Source: Polyangiales bacterium
Lineage (GTDB): Bacteria; Myxococcota_A; Polyangia; Polyangiales; Polyangiaceae
Assembly (NCBI GenBank): GCA_038230375.1
Contig: JBBRNJ010000024.1
Coordinates: 40,529 to 104,528, forward strand
DNA: 64,000 bases
Direction: 5' to 3'
The position numbers were made by a program, and so were the translations under genes. Numbering within the stretch: position 1 is the first letter of the stretch; the number at the start of each line of letters is the position of its first letter. The notes beneath the pieces were generated by a model that ran no database searches, was not told the DNA's origin, and worked only from the letters and a program-made list of their open reading frames with translations. This document shows, one piece after another, positions 10,090 through 21,400 of this stretch.

Positions 10090-10205
10090 CCGCCATTGAT
10101 ATCACGCCGCGTTGTATCTCCCAGGTGCTCCTCGATCGCAGCGTGTGGACGCGGTATTCTGCTCTCGACAGTGAAGATCGAGCGCCTCCAGAAACACGGC
10201 CTGGC

Positions 10206-11384
10206 ATGATGAACAAGGAGACCTTGCGACGTTTCTACGAGGCGTCGTTCGCGCTCGGGCCGAACAGCGCGGAGATGTCGGCGCTCGACGCGCCCTTCGA
10301 CGATTACTACGAGTTCCTGCACAAGATCGCGCCGGCCGTCACGCGGCGCAGCGCTGCACAATGGGCCATGCGGCTCGAGTATCGAAAGCTGGCGGAGGGC
10401 ATGCCGCCCGACTCGCCGCACCCGGAGCCGCTCGCCATGGAGGTGATCAGCATCGAGAAAAAAATCAGCGTCGATCTCGCGAAGACCAAGCTCGCTTCCA
10501 CTTGCGAGAGGCTGGACATCGATCGGGTGAAGAACGTCCGCGGATGGAAGAGCCTTGGCCGGCTCCGTGCGCTCCGGCACCTTCAGGTCAGCCTCTGCGA
10601 TAGCAACGATCGCGCGCCGCTGACGCCACCCCTTCGTCTGGAAACGATCGACGTCGAGAGCTCGACGCTGGAATGCCTTCGCACGGTCCTCGCTTCCGTG
10701 AACGCGCCGGACGTCGAGCTCGCGAGCGAGAGCGCGGCGCTGGACCTTGCCGTGCTTGCGACGTGCAAGCGGCTGCGCCGGGTCTTCGTCGCGGCGCCCC
10801 TTGTTCGGGGAGTCAGCCGGTTGCGAGGACACCCCATCGAGGAGCTCAAGCTCGCTGACGCCCCGCTCTCCGACCAGCTGCGAGACACGATTCACTCGCT
10901 CGCCCCCACGCTTCGGCACTTGCGGTTCGACGCGGGGCGTGTGTTCTCGCCCGGCGAGCTCGGCTCGCTCTCGAAATTGAAGGCCTTGCGGCAGCTCGCC
11001 GTCCCGGCCTTTCTCGAGCTGAAGAAGGAGTGGGTTGACTTCGCAGCGGCGAACCCTCGCGTCGGGTTCACATTCTTTCCGTTCAATCCGCCGGACGCGA
11101 AGCGAGAGGTCATCACCGTCGCGGAGATCCACCATGGCGTCGACATTCTCAGGTGCGTGAAGGGCAAGAAGGTCGCCTTCGAGGTCGCCGACGACCTTGC
11201 CTCGCGGCGGAAGGGCTACGGCGGAAGCAACGAGGATCTCGAGGACGAGCTCCGCGCCAGGGCCAAGGCAGCGAAGAAGAAGATCGATTGGCGGAGTGAG
11301 CTGGACACGCTCGTCGCGCGGACGACGGATGTGGAGACTGCGCGCTGGGTGGTCGATCAGGCTGCTTCGAAGGTAAAACCGTGA
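10206..11384 (+). CDS. Leucine-rich-repeat-like protein, possible C-terminal Imm51-like domain
   Basis: LxxLxxLxxLxL periodicity (LGRLRALRHLQV, LSKLKALRQLAV); the C-terminal GSNEDLEDEL...IDWRSELDTLVART resembles Imm51 by eye only. Confidence 0.55.
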   Translation: MMNKETLRRFYEASFALGPNSAEMSALDAPFDDYYEFLHKIAPAVTRRSAAQWAMRLEYRKLAEGMPPDSPHPEPLAMEVISIEKKISVDLAKTKLASTCERLDIDRVKNVRGWKSLGRLRALRHLQVSLCDSNDRAPLTPPLRLETIDVESSTLECLRTVLASVNAPDVELASESAALDLAVLATCKRLRRVFVAAPLVRGVSRLRGHPIEELKLADAPLSDQLRDTIHSLAPTLRHLRFDAGRVFSPGELGSLSKLKALRQLAVPAFLELKKEWVDFAAANPRVGFTFFPFNPPDAKREVITVAEIHHGVDILRCVKGKKVAFEVADDLASRRKGYGGSNEDLEDELRARAKAAKKKIDWRSELDTLVARTTDVETARWVVDQAASKVKP

Positions 11385-11456
11385 GGGGAGGCCGGTCGCT
11401 GGACGTGGACCTTCCGCCTGCTTGCGGCATCGCGGTGGAGCGACTAACCAGAAAGG

Positions 11457-12809
11457 GTGGCCACTCTCGAGACCGGCGAGATCATCGACAACAAGTATCA
11501 GGTGGGCAAGCTCATCGGAGAAGGCGCCATGGGTGCCGTGTACGAGGGCGAGCATCTTCGCATCTCGCGCCGTGTCGCGATCAAGGTGTTGCATGCGGCG
11601 GCCGCACGCCAGCCGGAGGTCCGCGCGCGCTTCGAGAAGGAGGCGCACGCAGTGGCCCGGATCAAGTCGGAGCACATCTGCGACGTTCTCGACGTTGGAG
11701 ATCTCCCGGACGGCGGCGCCTACCTCGTCATGGAGCTCCTCGACGGCGAGGACCTGGATGGTCGCATCAAGGAGCGGGGAAAGCTCTCGTCGGATGACGC
11801 GGCCCTCATCGCGTACCAGCTGCTCGATGGGCTCGCCACCATGCACGCGGCCGGCATCGTGCATCGAGATTTGAAGCCTGCGAACCTCTTCCTTGCGCGC
11901 ACGCCTCATGGCGGTGAGAACGTGAAGATCCTGGATTTTGGCGTCTCCAAGTTCGAGCCGAAGCAGGGTGACGGCAGCGTGACGGCGACCGGCGTCGTCA
12001 TGGGCACTCCGTTCTACATGTCGCCCGAGCAAGCGCGCGGGGACAAGAGCGTCGACCACCGATCGGATCTCTACTCCGTGGGCGTCATCCTCTACGAGGC
12101 GGTGACGGGACGCTTGCCGTTCACGGGCAGTAACTTCCAGGAGATCTTCTTCAAGATCGTGCTGGAGACGGCGCCCGGAGTGGAGGAGGTGGAGCCCAGC
12201 GCAGATCCGAAGCTCGCGCAGATCATCCGCAAGGCCATGTCGCGCGAGCCCGCGGAGCGATACCAGAGCGCCGCCGAGCTCCAGGACGCCATCGGTGCGT
12301 TTGCCGCGTCGCGCGGGCTCGCCTTGAACCCTGCGCACTCGATCTCGCCGGGCGCGCCGGAGGCTCCTCCTGCCAGTGTCGGGTTGCGCGCCGATGCCCC
12401 GACGAGCGCCGAGCCCGTCGCTCCCAAGGGGAGGGGCGTCCTCGTCGGGATCGTCGCCACGCTGGTCGTGGCCTCGGTCGTCATCGCGATCTCCTTGTGG
12501 CCGGCGCCACCCGCGGCGCCCGCGGTGGCTGATGAGCCAGCGCCCTCGGCGTCGCAAGCCGTCGCCAGCGCCGTGGCTGTCACGCCACCCGCCGCGTCGA
12601 GCGTCGTCATGCACACGGACATCTCCGCACCGGCACTGACGCGTGCAGCAGCTCCGGCTCCGGGCTCTGTGGCCATTCCCGCTGGAGCGGCCGTCGCGTC
12701 GGCAGACGCAAGCGTGCGAAGCTCCACGGACGCATCTTCCGCTGCGGATGCGTCGCCCGGCGGTGGGTGGGGGATGATCGCGCCCACGGTTCCAACCACC
12801 ACCCCGTAA
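11457..12809 (+). CDS. Membrane Ser/Thr protein kinase
   Basis: GEGAMG, VAIK, HRDLKPAN, DFG, YMSPEQ; one TM then an Ala/Pro tail. Confidence 0.95.
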   Translation: MATLETGEIIDNKYQVGKLIGEGAMGAVYEGEHLRISRRVAIKVLHAAAARQPEVRARFEKEAHAVARIKSEHICDVLDVGDLPDGGAYLVMELLDGEDLDGRIKERGKLSSDDAALIAYQLLDGLATMHAAGIVHRDLKPANLFLARTPHGGENVKILDFGVSKFEPKQGDGSVTATGVVMGTPFYMSPEQARGDKSVDHRSDLYSVGVILYEAVTGRLPFTGSNFQEIFFKIVLETAPGVEEVEPSADPKLAQIIRKAMSREPAERYQSAAELQDAIGAFAASRGLALNPAHSISPGAPEAPPASVGLRADAPTSAEPVAPKGRGVLVGIVATLVVASVVIAISLWPAPPAAPAVADEPAPSASQAVASAVAVTPPAASSVVMHTDISAPALTRAAAPAPGSVAIPAGAAVASADASVRSSTDASSAADASPGGGWGMIAPTVPTTTP

Positions 12810-12850
12810 ATCAGCGGACAGCGACGGGCGCGGCGCGGTACGCTAGGAGA

Positions 12851-14368
12851 ATGGGGAGCGAGGTGCCCACGTCGCCCGTCATCGCGGCTGGAGCCGTGCT
12901 TGCGGGCAAGTACAAGCTCGAGGCCCTGATCGGTCAGGGCGGCATGGGCACCGTCTGGTCTGCGACGCACCTTGGTCTCGGAAAACATGTCGCGGTGAAG
13001 CTCATCACCAGCGGTCTTGCGCGCCACGCGGAGATCCGCAAGCGGTTCGACACGGAGGCGAAGGCGGGCGCAAAGCTGCAGTCGCGCCACGTCGTGCAGA
13101 TCTTCGACAACGGAGAGCTCGAGGACGGCACACCGTTCATCGCCATGGAGCTCCTGCGCGGTCAGTCCCTCCAGGCGCGGCTCGAGCACGGCGGCGCCAT
13201 GCCCCTCGCAGACGTCGTCCAGATGGTCACGCACGTCGCGCGGGCGCTCGGCCGCGCACACGCGCTCGGCATCATTCATCGCGACATCAAGCCCGACAAC
13301 ATCTTCCTGTCCGAGTCCGACGACGACGACGGCGTCGTCGTGAAGGTCCTTGATTTCGGCATCGCCAAGTTCTCCATGGCCGACGAGGCGCAGTCCACGA
13401 CGCGCACAGGCGCGATGATCGGCACGCCGCTCTACATGAGCCCCGAGCAGGCACGCGGACTCCGTGGGATTGACGGTCGCTCCGATCTCTACTCTCTCGG
13501 CCTTGTGGTCTACACGGCGCTCACGTGCGTTCAGCCGTTCGCTGGCGCATCGTTCGGCGATCTCATCCTGCAGATCTGCACGCGGTCGCTGCCGAGCCTC
13601 GTCAAGCTGCAACCGCAGCTGCCCGTCGCCCTGGATGCCTGGTTCTATCGCGCGTGCGCCCGCGAGCCGGCCGATCGCTTCCAGACGGCGCAGCAGATGG
13701 CGGAGGCGATCGTGGCACTCGCGGGTGTGGTGCCCGCGGCGCTCTCGTCCACGCCTTCACTGGAGCTCGCGCTCAGCGGCTCGGGCGAGACGCAGTCGCT
13801 CGGCACGCAGCCCACGTTCGTCGCCGCTGCACCGCCCAGCATCCGATCGAACCCGTTCGCCCAGAACGCGTCCGCCTCGGGCTCCATGGGCGCGGCTCCG
13901 GCCGTCGCGCCGCCGCAACAGAGCTCGCTCGTTGCGCTGGCGCAGAATCAAAGCCTGGGAGGCATCGCGAATACGCCCTTGCAGGCGGACCTGGTTCAGC
14001 GCCAGCAGGAGCGCCCAAAGCCTCTCGCGAAGATCATCGTCGCGGGTGCGGCGCTCGTGGTGGTCGCCGGCATCGGCGTCCTTGCGTTCGGGCGCTTCGG
14101 CCCTCGGCACGGCGACACCTCCGCCTCCGCCACAGCATCAGCGCCAACCGCGACTCCTCCTGCGCAGTCGGTTGCTTCTTCCGCTGGCACGTCTGGCGCG
14201 CCCTCCGCCAGCATCGGGAGCAGCGCGGAGAATGGCACCACCACGCCGTCCGCCTCTGGCGCGTCGTCCTCAGCGCCTTCTCGATCGGCGAGCGCACCCA
14301 CGCATCGACCCCTGCATCCGGCGCAGTCGGCAAGCTCCGCCCCTCTCGACATCAAGCTGACTCACTGA
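12851..14368 (+). CDS. Membrane Ser/Thr protein kinase
   Basis: GQGGMG, VAVK, HRDIKPDN, DFG, YMSPEQ; TM and Ser/Ala tail ending PLDIKLTH. Confidence 0.95.
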   Translation: MGSEVPTSPVIAAGAVLAGKYKLEALIGQGGMGTVWSATHLGLGKHVAVKLITSGLARHAEIRKRFDTEAKAGAKLQSRHVVQIFDNGELEDGTPFIAMELLRGQSLQARLEHGGAMPLADVVQMVTHVARALGRAHALGIIHRDIKPDNIFLSESDDDDGVVVKVLDFGIAKFSMADEAQSTTRTGAMIGTPLYMSPEQARGLRGIDGRSDLYSLGLVVYTALTCVQPFAGASFGDLILQICTRSLPSLVKLQPQLPVALDAWFYRACAREPADRFQTAQQMAEAIVALAGVVPAALSSTPSLELALSGSGETQSLGTQPTFVAAAPPSIRSNPFAQNASASGSMGAAPAVAPPQQSSLVALAQNQSLGGIANTPLQADLVQRQQERPKPLAKIIVAGAALVVVAGIGVLAFGRFGPRHGDTSASATASAPTATPPAQSVASSAGTSGAPSASIGSSAENGTTTPSASGASSSAPSRSASAPTHRPLHPAQSASSAPLDIKLTH

Positions 14369-17304
14369 TGCGCCATCTTCACCTCGCCTTGCTCACGATG
14401 CTTGCGACGTTTGGCGCGCTCACGCTCTCGGCCCCCGTTTTCGCGGACGACGTGGCCGACGAAGTGGACCTCCAGTTCCAGCTCGGCGCAGAGCGGTACA
14501 AGGCACGCGATTTCGTCGGGGCGCTCGAGCACTTCCTCGCGTCGAACCGCCTCGCGCCCAACCGCAACGTCGTCTACAACATCGCGCGCACGTACGAGCA
14601 GCTGAAGCGCTACCCGGAGGCGTATCGCTATTACGTACGCGCTCTCGACGGAGAGAAGGACGCGCCCACGCGCGCGCGCGTCGAGGAGGCCATCGCGCGT
14701 ATCGCTCCAAGGGTCGGGGTGCTCAAGGTCGAGACCGTTCCGCCGGGTGCAAGGCTCTATCTCGATCGCAAGGACCTCGGCGGCAACGCGCCGCAGCGAC
14801 TTGGCCTGCCGCCAGGGAAATACAGGGTGATCGCGGAGCTCGACGGATACGAGGACGTGAGCTCGGACCTCGTTGACGCGACGGTCGGACGTGAGTCCGT
14901 CATCTCGCTCCGGCTCGTCCGCATTCTCGGGACCATCCACGTGACGGGAGACACCGCGGGCGCCGAGGTGCGCCTGGACAGCGAGGGCGGTCCGCCTGGC
15001 TGCGTCGTGCCGTGCGATCTTTCGGCCGTGCCGGGTACCCACACGATGTACGTCTCTCGCGCCGGATTCCAGAGCACGCAGATCGTGGTCGCCGTCACCG
15101 CAAAGGAGACGGTCCCGGTGCATCCGCCGCAGCTCGTGGCGTTCGCTGCCAGGACAGGCGCCGTGGTCGTCGAGGCCGACGAGCCGAGCGCGCTCATCGA
15201 GGTCGACGGCCGCGCGCAAGGCTTCGCGCCCTCCGTCGTCACCACGCCGATCGGGACGCACCGCGTGCGGGTCAGCCTGCGCGGGTACCGTGCGGTCGAG
15301 CAGATCGTCGTCGTCGAGACGGACAAACAGGTGAAGATCCAGGCGAGCCTCGAGCCCGCAGAGCAGGTCCAGGCTGCGTCGCGCGCCTCCGAGGCCGTCG
15401 AGGACGCGCCTGGCTCCGTCTCCATCTTGTCGAGCGCAGAGCTTCGCGCGATGAGCTATCCCACCGTCGCCGAGGCGCTCCGCGGAACGCGCGGCGTCTA
15501 CGTCTCCGACGATCGCTCCTATCCCTCGCTTGGCTTTCGCGCGCTCGGCTATCCGGGCAGCTACGGCAACCGGGTGCTCGTCCTCTCCGACGGACAGCCC
15601 ATGAACGACGACTGGATCGGCTCGTCGTATGTCAGCTACGACCTCAGAACCGACATCGAGGACATCGACCACATCGAGGTCGTGCGCGGCCCAGGCTCTG
15701 TTCTCTACGGCACCAACGCATTCTCTGGCGTCATCAATCTCGTCCCGCGCGGACGCGACGCGCCCGACGGTTGGGAGGTTGGCGCCTCCACGCCCGAAGC
15801 TGGAATGATGCGCGGGCGCATGCGCGTCACGCGGCACTTCGGGCCGGACTCCGGCGCGTGGGTGTCCTTCTCGGGCGGCAAGAGCGCGGGGCGCGACTTC
15901 TTCTTCCCCGAATACGTATCTGACGGCCCGGCATCGGTCGCAGGCAATGCGCGCGGCGTGGACGGGCTCAACGTGGGCACGTGGACCGGACAGGTCTGGT
16001 GGAAGGCGCTGACAGCACAGTGGTCGCTGAACTCGCAGCAGAAGCACCTGCCCAGCGGCGAGTTCGTGACGATCCTCGGCGACAAGCGCACCCGGGAGGC
16101 TGATACGCGCGGGATGCTGGAGGTGCGATACGAGCCGAAGATCACCGACTCCCTGCAGTCGCTCTCTCGCGTGCACGCCAACTACTACGGGTACCGCGCC
16201 ACGTTTGCTCACCTCCCGCCGTCCGGCATCGAGGAAGACAAGTACGACGGCGGGTGGGTTGGTGCCGAGCAACGCTTCATCTACTCACCGTGGCCGCGAC
16301 TCAGGCTCACCGGGGGTGGCGAGGTGCAGGACCACTTCGCCGTGCACCAGACCGTCGCGGACGAGCAGCAAGGAAGCGTCCTCGACGATCGGCGCCCGTT
16401 CGTCGTCGGCGCCGGATATCTCCTCGCCGACGTCTCTCCGTCGGACCGCGCGAAGATCTCCGCGGGCGCGCGCTTCGACACGTACTCCACGTTCGGCTCA
16501 TCGCTCAACCCGCGCCTCGCGCTGATCCTGAAGCCCTACGACCGCGACAACGTGAAGGTGATGGTCGGCAAGGCGTTCCGCGCGCCGAGCATCTACGAGC
16601 TCTACTACACGGGATACGGGCAGCCCCCCGCGCCAGACCTCCGTCCGGAGGACGTCTACTCGGCCGAGGTCGAGTACTCGCACCGATTCTCCACCACAAC
16701 GACCGGGCTCCTCTCCGTCTATGGCAACTACGTTCGAAACCTCATCGTGCTGCGCGACATCGATCCGGTGCAGCAGATCTCGCAATACACGAACACGCAG
16801 ACGCCGGTCACGAGTGTCGGCACCGAGCTCGAGGCACGCCGCGAATGGAAATCGGGCTGGATGCTCTCCGGAGCCGGGTCGCTCCAGCGCTCGCAATACA
16901 TGAAGTCCGATGAGGTCTCCGATGTCCTTGCGTACAGGCGCAGCGCCGACCTCCGCGAGGTCCCCAACGTGCCGCCCTGGCTCCTCTCGGTGAAGGGCGC
17001 AGTCCCGGTGCTCGGCCGTGCGCTCACCGCCATGACGCGCGTCACGCTCGAAGGCGCGCGCTTTGATCGCAACGACCAGGCGACGAGCCCGGATCCGCAG
17101 AACAAGACCGACGCATCGGTCATCTGGGACCTGATCCTCTCCGGCGTCGAGCCAAAGTGGGGTGTGCGGTATGCGGTCGGCTTCTACAACATAGCGGACT
17201 GGCGGCAAGTGGCGCCCGTGAGCACCGAGTTCCGTCAGACGACGATGCTACAGCCGGGACGAACCTTCTTTGCGTCCGTGGGCGCGACGTTCGGAGGCCC
17301 ATGA
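14368..17304 (+). CDS. TonB-dependent receptor with N-terminal TPR and three PEGA domains
   Basis: Signal peptide; TPR (VVYNIARTYEQLKRYPEAYRYY); PEGA repeats; plug motif IEVVRGPGSVLYG..AFSGVIN; FRAPSIYELY; C-terminal PGRTFFASVGATF. TGATG overlap with the kinase. Confidence 0.9.
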   Translation: MRHLHLALLTMLATFGALTLSAPVFADDVADEVDLQFQLGAERYKARDFVGALEHFLASNRLAPNRNVVYNIARTYEQLKRYPEAYRYYVRALDGEKDAPTRARVEEAIARIAPRVGVLKVETVPPGARLYLDRKDLGGNAPQRLGLPPGKYRVIAELDGYEDVSSDLVDATVGRESVISLRLVRILGTIHVTGDTAGAEVRLDSEGGPPGCVVPCDLSAVPGTHTMYVSRAGFQSTQIVVAVTAKETVPVHPPQLVAFAARTGAVVVEADEPSALIEVDGRAQGFAPSVVTTPIGTHRVRVSLRGYRAVEQIVVVETDKQVKIQASLEPAEQVQAASRASEAVEDAPGSVSILSSAELRAMSYPTVAEALRGTRGVYVSDDRSYPSLGFRALGYPGSYGNRVLVLSDGQPMNDDWIGSSYVSYDLRTDIEDIDHIEVVRGPGSVLYGTNAFSGVINLVPRGRDAPDGWEVGASTPEAGMMRGRMRVTRHFGPDSGAWVSFSGGKSAGRDFFFPEYVSDGPASVAGNARGVDGLNVGTWTGQVWWKALTAQWSLNSQQKHLPSGEFVTILGDKRTREADTRGMLEVRYEPKITDSLQSLSRVHANYYGYRATFAHLPPSGIEEDKYDGGWVGAEQRFIYSPWPRLRLTGGGEVQDHFAVHQTVADEQQGSVLDDRRPFVVGAGYLLADVSPSDRAKISAGARFDTYSTFGSSLNPRLALILKPYDRDNVKVMVGKAFRAPSIYELYYTGYGQPPAPDLRPEDVYSAEVEYSHRFSTTTTGLLSVYGNYVRNLIVLRDIDPVQQISQYTNTQTPVTSVGTELEARREWKSGWMLSGAGSLQRSQYMKSDEVSDVLAYRRSADLREVPNVPPWLLSVKGAVPVLGRALTAMTRVTLEGARFDRNDQATSPDPQNKTDASVIWDLILSGVEPKWGVRYAVGFYNIADWRQVAPVSTEFRQTTMLQPGRTFFASVGATFGGP

Positions 17305-17855
17305 ACGTGAGCCCTTCAAAGGCCGCATTCGCGGCTATTGCCATACTCGCGCCGCTCACAATCACGCTCACGCTTTGCGTCGCGCCCGGTTGCGACGACG
17401 CGCCGACGCACATCTACAGCGCGCAGCTCTACGAGCAAGCGAACGACTGCCTGGATGACTACACCGCGCTCGACATCGTCACGGGTGGCACGGGGAGCTC
17501 AGGCTGCAATCCCGTGTGTCTGGTCGGTGGCGGCGCAACCTACGTCTCCACGGTGTGCCCGCCCTACGCGACCGCGGTCGCACCGGGCGCCCCTGATGAC
17601 CCCGCGTGCATTGCGGCGCTCGCTGCCTACCAGACATGCAAGTGGTGCATGAGCACGGGCAACGAGCCGACCTGCACCTACGACGGCGGCGACGCGGGCA
17701 TGGTGGACGATGCCGGCGACCAGGCGGACAGCGGCGGGAGTGACGCGAGCGACGCGAGCGACGGCGGCGACGGCACGGCAGACGCCATCACCAGCGACGA
17801 CGCAGGTGACGACGGCGCCATGGCCGATGCAGACGACGCAGCGACCGACGACTGA
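17301..17855 (+). CDS. Cys-rich lipoprotein with Asp/Ala/Gly-rich tail
   Basis: APGC lipobox; ATGA overlap with the receptor gene. Confidence 0.75.
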   Translation: MNVSPSKAAFAAIAILAPLTITLTLCVAPGCDDAPTHIYSAQLYEQANDCLDDYTALDIVTGGTGSSGCNPVCLVGGGATYVSTVCPPYATAVAPGAPDDPACIAALAAYQTCKWCMSTGNEPTCTYDGGDAGMVDDAGDQADSGGSDASDASDGGDGTADAITSDDAGDDGAMADADDAATDD

Positions 17856-17888
17856 AAGTAACTGCGTCTACTGCGCTGTAGTGGCGCG

Positions 17889-18284
17889 TCACGCAAATGG
17901 GTCTCCACTTGCGTAGCTCTCCACGAAGGCCTCGAAGCTCGGGCTGATGGGCTGGCGCTTGTTGTCGACGGCAGTGACTCCCTTGTCGGTTGGGGAGAGG
18001 TGCAGGACCATCGCAGTTCCGAGGCGCCAGTCGGCGAACATGAGGTCCACCTCTGCTCCGTTTCGCGTCGCGTAGAGCGGCTGGATGAGATCACTTGCTT
18101 GCATGAAGATGAGGCCGTGCAGATCGCTCGCCATCGTCCCGTCTGCAAGCATCCAGAGCGCGCGGAACGACCGCGGGAGCACGATCCCGTGCGCGCTCTC
18201 GATCGCGTCGAGCATCGCCTCGGTCGCGCCGGTCTCTGCGGCGATTCCCTGGCGTACCCACGCATCGAACACAGACTTCACCAT
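17889..18284 (-). CDS. SMI1/KNR4 (SUKH) family protein
   Basis: GATEAMLDAIESAHGIVLPRSFRALWMLADG and C-terminal ISPSFEAFVE. Confidence 0.75.
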   Translation of the reverse strand: MVKSVFDAWVRQGIAAETGATEAMLDAIESAHGIVLPRSFRALWMLADGTMASDLHGLIFMQASDLIQPLYATRNGAEVDLMFADWRLGTAMVLHLSPTDKGVTAVDNKRQPISPSFEAFVESYASGDPFA

Positions 18285-18477
18285 GGGCCTCACGCAGGGC
18301 CAGAATACCACCGTGACGCGAGGCGAAGCCTGCGCGCGCTCTCGAATGCGGAGACGGCCTCCGGCGCATGAGCGCGTCGTACATCGCAACCTCTTCGACC
18401 GCGAGCGAGCGACGACGCCAGTGACGACGGGCCCAACGGCGATGCAGACGACGAGGGGACCGGCGACTGATCGCCGT

Positions 18478-21400
18478 TCAAGGCTGTGGGAGATCACCGT
18501 CACCTAGCGAGCGTGAGAACTCGGCGGTGAGCTGCCGGAAGATGTCCACCTGGTCCATGTACTTCCGGAGCTGCGCGTCCGCGCCTGGTGCCATGGGGTC
18601 CTTCTGCGGTAGACCGTTGGCGTCGAGCTGCAGTTTCACCGTGCCGTCGGCGTTGTACTTGATGAAGCCCATCGCGTCCGTCTCCACGATGTACGTCTGG
18701 ATGAGGAGCGTGGTTGCCCACTCGAGCATGCGAGCGCCGATGCCCTTCTCGTGATCGACGCCGAAGATGTTCTCCGTCCCCGTCGAGTGCGCGCGGTACG
18801 TTTTGCCGCTCTGCGGATCGTAGAGCGTGTAGGTCTCGGTGACTGGCCAGTTGACCTGATCGGCGGCGAGCGTGGTGATCCGTGACTCGTCGACGAAGCT
18901 CTGGGACCAGTTCGTCGGGAAGTACATCGTGGACCAGACCATCGCGTAGAGCTGCTCGTTGAAGCCCCAGTTGGGGTCCAGGAGCTTCGCGTTCGCGGGG
19001 CGCGTGCCAAGCCCCACGTCCGTGAGCGCGTGCCACGAAGGGTAGGTGATGACCCCATCCGCTGCGTTCGGTCCCGGCGCCTTCGAGGCGGCAACCCACG
19101 GCCCGAACTGCGCCGTGTCGCCGGTGAAGAGCGATGCGAACAGGCGACGCGTCTGCGCGGGATAGACCGTGGCGAAGTTCACGTTCTTGTAGCGGCCGTC
19201 CACGAAGTCTTCCTTCGAGTTCGAGATGAAGGAGTCGAACGCTTCTGCGAGGTAGAAGGTCGCCCACGTCTTCTCGTAGTAGGCGCCGACTTGCTTCTGG
19301 TAGTCGGCCCACCAGTAGCCCTTGCCGTAGTCGAAGTCGTTGTGGACGAAGCGACCTGGGCCGAGCGGTACGTGGAAGTCATAGGGGGAGGCCGCGGGGA
19401 GCGGCGACGGGTCGGCCACGTAGAGATCGAGATCCAGCCCGTAGGGTTGCCCGCCTACGCAGCTGTCCGCGTTTGCGTTGCAGTAGTACCCGGGCTCGGG
19501 GCGCGTGAGGATGCGCGCGAACATGTCGAACGCGATCGTGCTGCCCATGCTGAGCGCACCCCAGTTGCCGTCGTCGAGGAGCTCCTTGTTGGGGACGCTC
19601 GGATCGTCGGCCGAGAGCACCATTCCGAACGCGAACGTCTTCGAGATGAGCTGGATCGTGTCCAGGTAGTGCGCTTGCAGGCGCTCGACCACGGCCTCCG
19701 AGTTGAAGCTCACGCGGTTGTGACGGAAGGCGTCCAGGATGTAGCGGTTCTCGTAGGCGGCCTCCAGGAAGCGAATCTGCTCGTAGGCGTCCGCGCCTGC
19801 GTCGTAGGTGAAGGCGGGGACGTTGCCGGAGTCGGCGTACTCGTCGCTCATGAACATGTAGCCGCGTCGCACGCGGCCCTTGTCGTCGACCGAGCGTGGC
19901 GCGATCCCGAACAGGTAGCTCGCCCAGGTGGGATCGGCGGCAAAATCGCGCATGACGTCGTAGCCCACCACGTCCATCGCGTGCTCGTTGCACTTCTTGC
20001 CCAGGACAGCGTCCGGCGCGGACGATGCCGTGCAGTCGCCCAGCAAGCCGAACTCGGCCTGGTATGCGCTGTAGTGGAGGTGGGCCGGTCCGTTCGCGGG
20101 GTTGACCGTGGGAAGGTCTTCGATCCCGAAGAGACCGGTTCCCTGCGCGAAGGCGGTGAGCTCGTACGCCTTCTTCTGCCCGTCACCGCTGCCAGTCACG
20201 CTGACACCGCCGCCATCCCACACGTCAACGACGCCGCCGTAGCCAAAACGGATCGCCGCGCGATCGTATTTGCCCTGGAGGTCCATGTCGTGGTTCTGGT
20301 CGCCCGGGTAGTCCATGACGCTGGTGGTGCTGTACTTGTTGATGTTGCCTGCCGTCTCGTCGACGGAGACAGGGTCCTTCCAGCGTGGACCCACGCAGGT
20401 GGCGCCGTTGGTGTTGCCGTCGGCGCACGCGGCGGTGATCTGGCCGTTGCTCGTGCGGAGCTGCCAGTACTGCGGGGCGTAGTTCAGCGAGTCGAACGAG
20501 GCTGCGAAGTTGTGACGGAGCCCCATCGAGTGGCCCATCTCGTGCGCGTAGACGCTGCCCGAGTACTCACGTCGCGCCCAGTTGTAGACTGCATCCTTGT
20601 GGGTGGAGACGGCCGTAGGATCCTTGGGATCCGGCGTGGGGAAGAGGCGCGCCGCGACCTTCGCAAGGCCCAGCAGGTTGTCCGGCTCGGGTGCGTCCAG
20701 CCTGCAGGAGTGCCGCGCGGACTGCGCCATCCGCTTCGAGCGCTCACGCTCGCGACGAAGGACGGGGTTCATCTTGCCGAACGGCGTGCCGCGCCTGATC
20801 GCGTCCTTCGTTACCGGCTGGCTCGGGTCGAAGCCCGCGGCCTGCGCCATCTCCGGCGAGACCATCGCCGCTTCGATCGACGTGCTCTTGAGCTGGGTGA
20901 GCCGCGAAGCGAGGACACCGTTGCCGGGGCCCAGGCGGTTCGCATCGAGCAACGACTGCAGGCGCTGCTTGCGTCGCTGTGCAGGCGGTGTGTGGGAGAC
21001 CTTCTGCGCGCCCGAGAGCCCGCCAAGGTACGGGGCGATCACCTGCGGATCGAACGCTGCGGCGCGCGACGCAGTCTCGTTCGCATCCATCGCGACGAAG
21101 GCCTCAGCGGCACCGCCGGGACGGTTTGCCGCGACCCACGCGGACACGTTCTGACCTTCGATGTAGTCGGTCGGCGGCAGCTCACCATTGAGCAGGGCCA
21201 GGAGATCGACGAGCGTCGCGGCGGCGCGATCGAGCACGGCCGACCACTGGTTGACGCTGCCGGCGATCTTCTCGCCCGTGAGCGGATCCTCGGCGTCGAC
21301 CATGATTCCCCAGGGGCTCTCGAACTGCGGCGAGGCGACCAGGTTGATGAAGTTGTACCGAATGTCGCCCAGGCGGCGGACGATCGGCACGCCGTCCTTG

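Noticed and set aside
10074..13612. Long minus-strand ORFs (846 aa and 506 aa) opposite the kinases
   Set aside because: Antisense shadows caused by high-GC codon bias; no motifs, and the opposite strand has clear genes.
13525..14367. 281-aa N-terminal extension of the TonB receptor ORF
   Set aside because: Overlaps the kinase in another frame; the signal peptide starts at ATG 14368.
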